Position numbers and translations under genes: made by a program. Positions 1 through 6,019 of a stretch of DNA of 24,000 nt are shown here, one piece after another; the first letter of the stretch is position 1, and the number at the start of each line of letters is the position of its first letter. Under the pieces are notes generated by a model. The model was not told the DNA's origin and did not search any database. It was given only the letters and a program-made list of their open reading frames with translations. Source of the stretch: Aquimonas sp. (lineage in GTDB: Bacteria > Pseudomonadota > Gammaproteobacteria > Xanthomonadales > Xanthomonadaceae); NCBI RefSeq assembly GCF_044377145.1, contig NZ_JBILJQ010000029.1:28570-52569 (forward strand). The letters are read 5' to 3'.

Positions 1-152
1 AATCGCTGGGCCGTGAGGTGCTGGTCGACCAGGTCGAGTCGATGGCCGCGGTCGGCAGCCTGTGGGGATTGAGCGTTGACTACCTGCAGGGGGATGCGCT
101 GGCCGCGGCATCACCGCGGCCGGACTACGAGACCGTCGACGACGAGGGCTGA
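1..152 (+). CDS. 3' end of a gene running in from the left edge; C-terminus resembles an EAL-type (c-di-GMP phosphodiesterase-like) domain, possibly degenerate
   Basis: Frame 3 is open from the window edge to TGA at 150-152: SLGREVLVDQVESMAAVGSLWGLSVDYLQGDALAAASPRPDYETVDDEG*. The pattern xxVE...L..LG.DY.QG....P matches the last two conserved blocks of EAL domains, but DQVE replaces the usual EGVE. It is absent from the ORF track because it has no start in the window. Confidence 0.4.
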   Translation, partial: SLGREVLVDQVESMAAVGSLWGLSVDYLQGDALAAASPRPDYETVDDEG

Positions 153-374
153 GGGCTGGGTGGGCACGAACGGCGCAGCTGACGGCGAACAACCCACCGC
201 TGTCCGAGCCGCTTGCAGGCCTGCTACGGGGGCGAGCGCCGTGGCGCGCGCGCCTCATCGCGCCTGAGCAGCGCAGGCGAGGCATCCATCAAGGCCAGCT
301 GCGGGCGGTCGAGTGCGGCGAGGTCGTCGTCCACAGTGGCCGAGGTGCCGGCGGCGCTGCGCCTGGTTTGCGAC

Positions 375-866
375 TCATGATCCCCCGCCTGGCGACGCCG
401 CCTGCATCGAAACCTGCTTGCCATTGGCCATCTGCCGCCCCACCTCGCGAAAACCGCAGCGGGCGTGGAACGCGGCCGATACCGGATTGGGTGGATCGAG
501 ATCGTACTCACAGGTCAGTTCGGCGACCCCCGCTGCGCGTGCATGTTCGAACAGCGCCGCATACAGCGCCCGCCCCGCACCGAGTCCGCGCGCGCGTGGC
601 GCCACCACGACGCGGTCGATGTAGATGAACGCGCCGCCGCGCGCAGCAAACCAGCGGTAGTTGGGGCTGTCGTAGTCCGCCCCCGGCGCGAATGCCAGCA
701 GAAAGGCTGCGATGCCATCGGCGTCCTCCAGCACCCGTTGCCAGCTGCACTGCGCATGCAGATGCGCCAATCGCGACGCATCCAGCGGGCTGAGAAACCG
801 CACCGATTCGGCATTGAGCGCGAGCAGGGCGGGGAAGTCAGCAGGCGAAACGGGGCGGAGATGCAT
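375..866 (-). CDS. GNAT-family N-acetyltransferase (163 aa)
   Basis: ORF 375..866. The acetyl-CoA binding core is RVVVAPRARGLGAGRALY (R/Q-x-x-G-x-G/A motif), followed by FHARCGF. ATG at 866 follows a GAGAGGA Shine-Dalgarno. It lies 33 nt downstream of the pnkp stop on the same strand. Confidence 0.8.
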   Translation of the reverse strand: MHLRPVSPADFPALLALNAESVRFLSPLDASRLAHLHAQCSWQRVLEDADGIAAFLLAFAPGADYDSPNYRWFAARGGAFIYIDRVVVAPRARGLGAGRALYAALFEHARAAGVAELTCEYDLDPPNPVSAAFHARCGFREVGRQMANGKQVSMQAASPGGGS

Positions 867-899
867 GCGTTGTCCTCTCGATGAAGTGCCTCACCGCGC

Positions 900-3446
900 T
901 CACAGGCGCGGATCCACGGGTTCGCTCTCCAGTGCCAGGATGCCGAACACGCACTCGTGCACGCGATACAGCGGCTCGTGCTCGACGAAGCGATGCAAGG
1001 CCTCGTGCCCCAGCGCGAACTCCCGCAGCGCCAGCGAGCGTTTTGGCCCCAGCCCGCGCTGTCGCAGACGGCTGAGGTTTTCCGGCTCCGTATAGGTCGG
1101 GCCATAGATGATGCGCAGGTACTCGCGTCCGCGGCATTTGATGGCGGGCTGAGCGAGCCCTTTGCGGCCGCTGGCAACCGCGTCAACCGGCTTGATCACC
1201 ATGCCTTCGCTGGTGTGGTGGGTGATCGTTTCCCACCAGAGGCTGGCTTCCGCTTCACTGCTCGCGTCGGCAAGGTCAACGTAGCGGCGCTGGGTGCTGC
1301 GCAGCAGTCCAGCATCTGCAGCACACAGCCGGTCGATCAGGTCCAGCTGCCAACGGTGGTCGCGAACCAGGCCGACGACGCCTGCGTAGGCCAGCACGTG
1401 GAAAGGCGCGATGCGTAGATCCTCCACGCCACCGACGCTCCAGCAGTAGCGCCGATACTCCTCGATGTAGCGATCAACCGATTGCTGACGCGCCCGTACG
1501 CGTGCCGACAGCGCCTCGACATCAAGCCCTTGCGCCTGCGCCTGCGACAGCCAGGCGTCCGCCTGGCTGAGCGACGTGCGGCCGGCCGTGCCGGTCGGCG
1601 CGTACTGGGTACGCAACAGTTCCTGCGCCTTGGCTGACCATGGCAGCAGCTCGACATCGAGGGCGATCCAGTCGGTGTCGAGCTCATCCCACAGGCCAGC
1701 GCTCGTCAGCGCATGGTCGAGGCGGTCAAGCAAGGCGACTTCGATGGCCGCGTCGTTGAAAAAGCGCCGCCCGGTCCGGGTGTAGATGACGCCGCGGCCA
1801 TCGCCGCTGATACCGAATCGCTGCGCGGCCACGGCCTCCGAACGACAAAGCAGGATGACCGCCCGCGAGCCCATGTGCTTTTCCTGGCACACCAGCTGGG
1901 TAATGCCCTCGTTCCGGTAGTAGTCGAAGGCCTCTTTGGGGCGCTCCAGCAGATCGCCGTCGGGCGCGGTCGCCGGTGGCGCCATGGTCGGCGGAAGATA
2001 GATCAGCCAGCGCGGGTCGACGGCGAAGCGGCTCATGACTTCCAGCGCCGCACGGGCATTCTCATCGCGGATGGTGATGCTGTTTCCCAACCGTGGCTTC
2101 AACACCCGTTTGCCGAGCACGTCGTCGATGTCGAGCATGTTGGCGTCGCGCGCCGTGCCCGCCGGGGCCGGCCCCGCCAGGGGTTTGATCGGCTCGTAGT
2201 AGACGCGCGCCGCCGGCACCGAAACCAGCTCGCGCTCCGGGTAGCGCAGCGCGGTCAGGCGGCCGCCAAACACACAGCCGGTGTCCACGCACAGCGTGCG
2301 GTTGACCCACTCGGGCTCAAGTACAGGGGTGTGGCCGTACACGACCATGGCATGGCCACGGTATTCGCGAGCCCAGTCGTAGCGCACCGGCAGGCCGTAC
2401 TCGTCGGTTTCGCCGGTGGTCTCGCCGTACAGGCAGAACTCGCGGACCGCGCCCGAGGCGCGCCCCTGCAGGCTCTGCTTCAGACCTGCATGGGCGACCA
2501 CGAGGTTGCCATCGTCCAGCAGATAGTGGCTGACCAGGCCGTACACGAAGTCGGCGACTTGCTGGCGGAACTCGCTGGGCTCCGATTCCAGCTGTTGCAG
2601 GGTTTCCGCCAAACCGTGGCTGATGCGAACGTCCTTGCCGCGCAGCTTGCGCATCAGCTTGACGTCGTGGTTGCCGGGCACGCACAGCGCGGTGCCGGTG
2701 CTGACCATGTGCATGACCAGCCGCAGGACACCCGGTGAGTCGGGGCCGCGATCGACCAGATCTCCCACGAAAATCGCGCGGCGACCTTCGGGCGCTTGTA
2801 CGTCTGGCGTCTCGCGCGTGCCACCGACGCGATATCCGAGCCGGGTCAGCAACGCGATGGCTTCATCAAGGCAACCGTGGATATCGCCAACGATATCGAA
2901 CGGGCCGCGTTCTTCGCGGCGGTCGTTCCATAGACGCTGGCGCTCGATGCTCGCCAGTTCGGCATCCTCCACCGATTTCAGGATGCTGACGTTGCGAAAG
3001 CCCTCGCGCTCGAGACCGCGCATCGATCTGTGCAGCGCCTGCATCTGGCCGCGGACCACATGTGCTCCGAAACTGCGGTCGGCGCGTGCCGCGTTGCGTT
3101 CGTGACAGACCCGCTCCGGCAGATCGAACACGATCGCTGCCGGCAGTACGTGGAACTCCCGCGCCAGTGCAATCAGCCGCTTGCGGTCTTCTGCGCGCAC
3201 ATGGGTTGCATCGATGACGGTGAAGCGGCCGGCCGCGAGCCGCTTGGACGCGATGCAATACAGCACCTCGAACGCATCCTTGCTCGCCGCCTGGTCGTTC
3301 TCATCGTCGGCCACCAAGCCGCGACAGAAATCCGAGGAGATCACCTCGGTCGGCAGAAAATGCTTGCGCGCGAAGGTTGACTTGCCGGCGCCCGATGGGC
3401 CGATCAGCGCGACCAGCGAAAGGTTCGGCAGCTTGATGGTATTCAT
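900..3446 (-). CDS. pnkp: Polynucleotide kinase-phosphatase (Pnkp): 5'-kinase, 2',3'-phosphatase and ligase-like adenylyltransferase RNA repair enzyme (848 aa)
   Basis: N-terminal P-loop kinase (GPSGAGKST). Central calcineurin-type metallophosphoesterase (GDIHGC, GDLVDRGP, GNHD, GH). C-terminal nucleotidyltransferase module with the lysine motif QEKHMGSR. Size and domain order match the characterised bacterial Pnkp of Clostridium thermocellum. The start overlaps the hen1 stop (ATGA). Confidence 0.9.
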   Translation of the reverse strand: MNTIKLPNLSLVALIGPSGAGKSTFARKHFLPTEVISSDFCRGLVADDENDQAASKDAFEVLYCIASKRLAAGRFTVIDATHVRAEDRKRLIALAREFHVLPAAIVFDLPERVCHERNAARADRSFGAHVVRGQMQALHRSMRGLEREGFRNVSILKSVEDAELASIERQRLWNDRREERGPFDIVGDIHGCLDEAIALLTRLGYRVGGTRETPDVQAPEGRRAIFVGDLVDRGPDSPGVLRLVMHMVSTGTALCVPGNHDVKLMRKLRGKDVRISHGLAETLQQLESEPSEFRQQVADFVYGLVSHYLLDDGNLVVAHAGLKQSLQGRASGAVREFCLYGETTGETDEYGLPVRYDWAREYRGHAMVVYGHTPVLEPEWVNRTLCVDTGCVFGGRLTALRYPERELVSVPAARVYYEPIKPLAGPAPAGTARDANMLDIDDVLGKRVLKPRLGNSITIRDENARAALEVMSRFAVDPRWLIYLPPTMAPPATAPDGDLLERPKEAFDYYRNEGITQLVCQEKHMGSRAVILLCRSEAVAAQRFGISGDGRGVIYTRTGRRFFNDAAIEVALLDRLDHALTSAGLWDELDTDWIALDVELLPWSAKAQELLRTQYAPTGTAGRTSLSQADAWLSQAQAQGLDVEALSARVRARQQSVDRYIEEYRRYCWSVGGVEDLRIAPFHVLAYAGVVGLVRDHRWQLDLIDRLCAADAGLLRSTQRRYVDLADASSEAEASLWWETITHHTSEGMVIKPVDAVASGRKGLAQPAIKCRGREYLRIIYGPTYTEPENLSRLRQRGLGPKRSLALREFALGHEALHRFVEHEPLYRVHECVFGILALESEPVDPRL

Positions 3447-4834
3447 CGGCTGAACACTCCCATCTGGGTCGGTGCACCCAGCTCGGGATCGACCGGACCG
3501 ATCGACGAGAACTCGACCGTGTAGCCGTGCCGATCACAGACCTTCTGCGCCCACTGCTGGAACTCGGCCCGCGTCCACTCGAAGCGATGGTCGCGATGCC
3601 GGAAGGCGCCGTGCTCAAGCCGTTCAAAGCGCGCGTTGTACTCGATGTTCGGCGTGGTGATGACGACCGTGCCCGGTCGGGCGAACTCGAACACCGTCCG
3701 CTCGAAGGCCAGCAGTCGCTCAGGATCAATATGCTCGATGACCTCGACCGCGCAGGCCGCGTCGAAGCCGGCCAGCCGCGTATCCCGATAGGTCAGGCTG
3801 CCCTGCAGCAGTTCGATGCGCGCCCGTTTGGTCGGCGGCAGTCGCTCAAGACTGAGTCGCTCCGCCGCGCGTTCCAGCGCTACGCAGGACACATCGACCC
3901 CCAGCAGGCGATGCAGCTGGGTGTGCTCCAGCAAACGGCCGAGCAGCCGCCCTTCTCCGCAGCCCAGGTCGAGCACCGAATGTGCACCGGTGGCCAGCAA
4001 CACGCGCTCCACCTCAGCCATGCGCTGGTCGTTCAGATTGAGGCCGCGTTCCAGCGCCTGCTCGCCGCTGTCGCGCTGTGTCTGCTCGGCTTCGATCGCC
4101 TCGTCGGGCGTGCTCAGAAGCTTGCCGAGGGCCTCGCGAACCAGCGAGCGCTGCCGCTTGAGGTAGGCCGCCATGATCCAGTCGCGCTGGGGGTGGGTCG
4201 GCAACCAACTGCCGGCCTTGTCGATCAGCTTCTGCACTTCGTCGCTGCCAACAAAGTAATGCTTGTCACCGTCCAATGCCGGTAGCAGCACATACAGATG
4301 CGAGAGCAGCTCGGAGAGCCTCAGCGTGGCCTTCAGGCTCAGGCTGAAGTAGTTGCTGGTGCCCCATTCGGGGAAGCGCTCATCCAGGGGCAGTGCACTA
4401 ACCTCGACCAGATAGCCCAAGGGCTCGAAGCAGCGCCGCAGCTGCAGCTCACCACCGCCGCAGCGCAGCACCGGGATTTCAACCGCAAGCGGAATTGCGC
4501 TGGCGGCGAGCTCGGCGCGGGCGTTGCTGGTGCCTGCCATGCCGCTGGAGAACACGCGCGCAATCGCCACCGCCAGGAATGACGAAGCGGCAAACGGTCG
4601 ATCGTTCACGTACTGACTCAAGGGGCCATCGTTCTCGCCACGGCCGCGAACCAGACCAACCGGATCCACCTCGACCAGCAGCACCACCGAACAGCGTTCA
4701 TCGGTCGCCTCCGGGTAGAACACGTGGGCGACGCCGAAGCTGAGATTCAGCGACTGCGGCCGCGAAGGGTTCTTGGACAACAGATAGCCAAGGTCGGTCG
4801 CAGGCCGATGGGTGGTGCTGATCTTCAAAAGCAT
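3443..4834 (-). CDS. hen1: Bacterial Hen1, 3'-terminal RNA ribose 2'-O-methyltransferase and Pnkp partner (463 aa)
   Basis: The N-terminal MLLKISTTHRPATDLGYLLSKNP matches the bacterial Hen1 N-domain signature. The C-terminal class I SAM methyltransferase has VLDLGCGEG (motif I) and the metal-binding VEVIEHI block. There is a 4-nt start/stop overlap with pnkp at 3443-3446. Confidence 0.9.
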   Translation of the reverse strand: MLLKISTTHRPATDLGYLLSKNPSRPQSLNLSFGVAHVFYPEATDERCSVVLLVEVDPVGLVRGRGENDGPLSQYVNDRPFAASSFLAVAIARVFSSGMAGTSNARAELAASAIPLAVEIPVLRCGGGELQLRRCFEPLGYLVEVSALPLDERFPEWGTSNYFSLSLKATLRLSELLSHLYVLLPALDGDKHYFVGSDEVQKLIDKAGSWLPTHPQRDWIMAAYLKRQRSLVREALGKLLSTPDEAIEAEQTQRDSGEQALERGLNLNDQRMAEVERVLLATGAHSVLDLGCGEGRLLGRLLEHTQLHRLLGVDVSCVALERAAERLSLERLPPTKRARIELLQGSLTYRDTRLAGFDAACAVEVIEHIDPERLLAFERTVFEFARPGTVVITTPNIEYNARFERLEHGAFRHRDHRFEWTRAEFQQWAQKVCDRHGYTVEFSSIGPVDPELGAPTQMGVFSR

Positions 4835-4916
4835 GCGCGAAAAGTCCCCGCCGAAAAACGCGGGAGTTTACGCGAGCCTCGCACAGGCCAAGCACGCCTG
4901 AGCCGCCGCTGCAGCG

Positions 4917-4944
4917 CCAGGCTCGGCAGTGACTGCCGGCCTGG
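4917..4944 (-). terminator. GC-rich hairpin downstream of the secreted-protein gene; possible factor-independent terminator without a clear U-tract
   Basis: ccaggcTcggcagt-g-actgccg-gcctgg gives a 13-bp stem with one bulged base. It lies 33 nt past the stop at 4977 and upstream of hen1. Confidence 0.3.
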
Positions 4945-4976
4945 CGCTGGACTCCGCTCGCAGCTTGCAGCCGCGA

Positions 4977-5900
4977 TCAATCAGTCAGTTGCTTGAAGAA
5001 ATGGGTCCAGCCGCGGATTCCGCCGACGTTGCCAATGCGCTCGAAGCTGGCACGGCGGAAGCGTGCGACACCGCCTTTGGATGTGGCCCAGCTGGTCACC
5101 GTGTTCGGCGTCTGCAGCGAGGTGAACTGCAGATGCCAGCCGCCGACCTTGCTGTATCGATGTTTGACGGTGCCGCTGGTGCCGCAGGTCACCATGCGGG
5201 TATAGGTATGGCGCATGCGGATCGTGCTGGTGCGTTGAATGCTCGCACTGAGGCTGCTGTCGCAATGGCCCTGGCCGACGCCGTAGCCGCCCGGCCCCAG
5301 GGTGTCGCAATGGTTCTGCTCGAAGAAGTTTTTGCCGTCCGCGCCGCAGGAGCCGCCACCGGCTTTCGCCGCTGACCCGGAGCGCAGCAGGTTCAGCCGC
5401 AGCGGCGCTGACAGCTGCTCGACCAGGCCGCGCCGCGCGATGCTGTCGGCCACCCTGCGGTTGTAGGCGCTCAGCTCGGACTCACGTGGTGTGCCTTCCG
5501 CTGCGCCCTCACGGGTGTTGACGCGACCATCGCCCACGCTGTCACCGGGTGCTTCGAACAGTCCGTCGAGTTCCGCCAACAGCCGCGGTACCGGGGCATG
5601 CTCCGGGGTGAGCTCCAGAAAGCGGTCCAGCGCCGTGCCGGTCGGGACGCTGAGACGCGCCTCGTCGGCCCCGGCGGACACCGTTTCGCCGTAGACGATT
5701 TCGCCGTCCTCCGGGAAGGCGATGAACTGCACAAAGCGGCCATCGGCGGTTTCGATCTCGGCCAGCATCTGCATGCGTTCACCGTCGCCGGGCCGCACCA
5801 CCGGAAAGTCAGCTGCGAAGGCCGTTGAGACCATGGGCAGCTGCAGGACGCAGGCGGCGACGGCTGCCGCGAGGCTGTGGCGCATCAGTCGGGTTTTCAT
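4977..5900 (-). CDS. Secreted hypothetical protein, 307 aa, with an acidic N-terminal half and a basic four-Cys C-terminal half
   Basis: ORF 4977..5996 trimmed to ATG at 5900, which follows a GGAGAA SD. Sec signal MKTRLMRHSLAAAVAACVLQLPMVSTAFA|ADF. I did not recognise any family. Confidence 0.7.
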   Translation of the reverse strand: MKTRLMRHSLAAAVAACVLQLPMVSTAFAADFPVVRPGDGERMQMLAEIETADGRFVQFIAFPEDGEIVYGETVSAGADEARLSVPTGTALDRFLELTPEHAPVPRLLAELDGLFEAPGDSVGDGRVNTREGAAEGTPRESELSAYNRRVADSIARRGLVEQLSAPLRLNLLRSGSAAKAGGGSCGADGKNFFEQNHCDTLGPGGYGVGQGHCDSSLSASIQRTSTIRMRHTYTRMVTCGTSGTVKHRYSKVGGWHLQFTSLQTPNTVTSWATSKGGVARFRRASFERIGNVGGIRGWTHFFKQLTD

Positions 5901-5925
5901 GTGTGTTCTCCAAGAAATGAGAGGG

Positions 5926-5942
5926 TGCAGAACGCTTCTGCA
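5926..5942 (-). terminator. Small hairpin between the metG stop and the next gene; possible metG terminator or operator
   Basis: TGCAGAA-cgc-TTCTGCA is a perfect 7-bp inverted repeat. On the minus strand it is followed by CCCTCTCATTTCTT. Confidence 0.25.
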
Positions 5943-6019
5943 TCTCTGTATTCGGAATCCAGCTGGAGAAACGACACACGAACGACAGGGCCGCACGTTC
6001 AGCGCGCGGCAGCACTGGA

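Noticed and set aside
224-511. A 95-aa minus-strand ORF whose last roughly 36 codons (224..334, VDDDLAALDRPQLALMDASPALLRRDEARAPRRSPP) lie in the gap after the GNAT gene and have high GC3.
   Set aside because: The upstream half is simply out of frame with the GNAT gene. There is no SD or recognisable motif, and high GC3 arises by chance in this composition. It could be a decayed gene remnant, but I cannot support a call.
1713-2738. Long ORFs antisense to or out of frame with confident genes. Examples are 1713..2738(+), 8593..9675(+), 9161..10282(-), 10367..11257(-), 14808..16238(+), 16523..17800(+), 19487..20614(+) and 20232..21521(-).
   Set aside because: Their translations are Arg/Ala/Gly/Pro-rich low-complexity strings with no recognisable motifs. 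Each lies opposite a gene with strong family signatures. Such shadow ORFs are expected in DNA of about two-thirds G+C because stop codons are rare.
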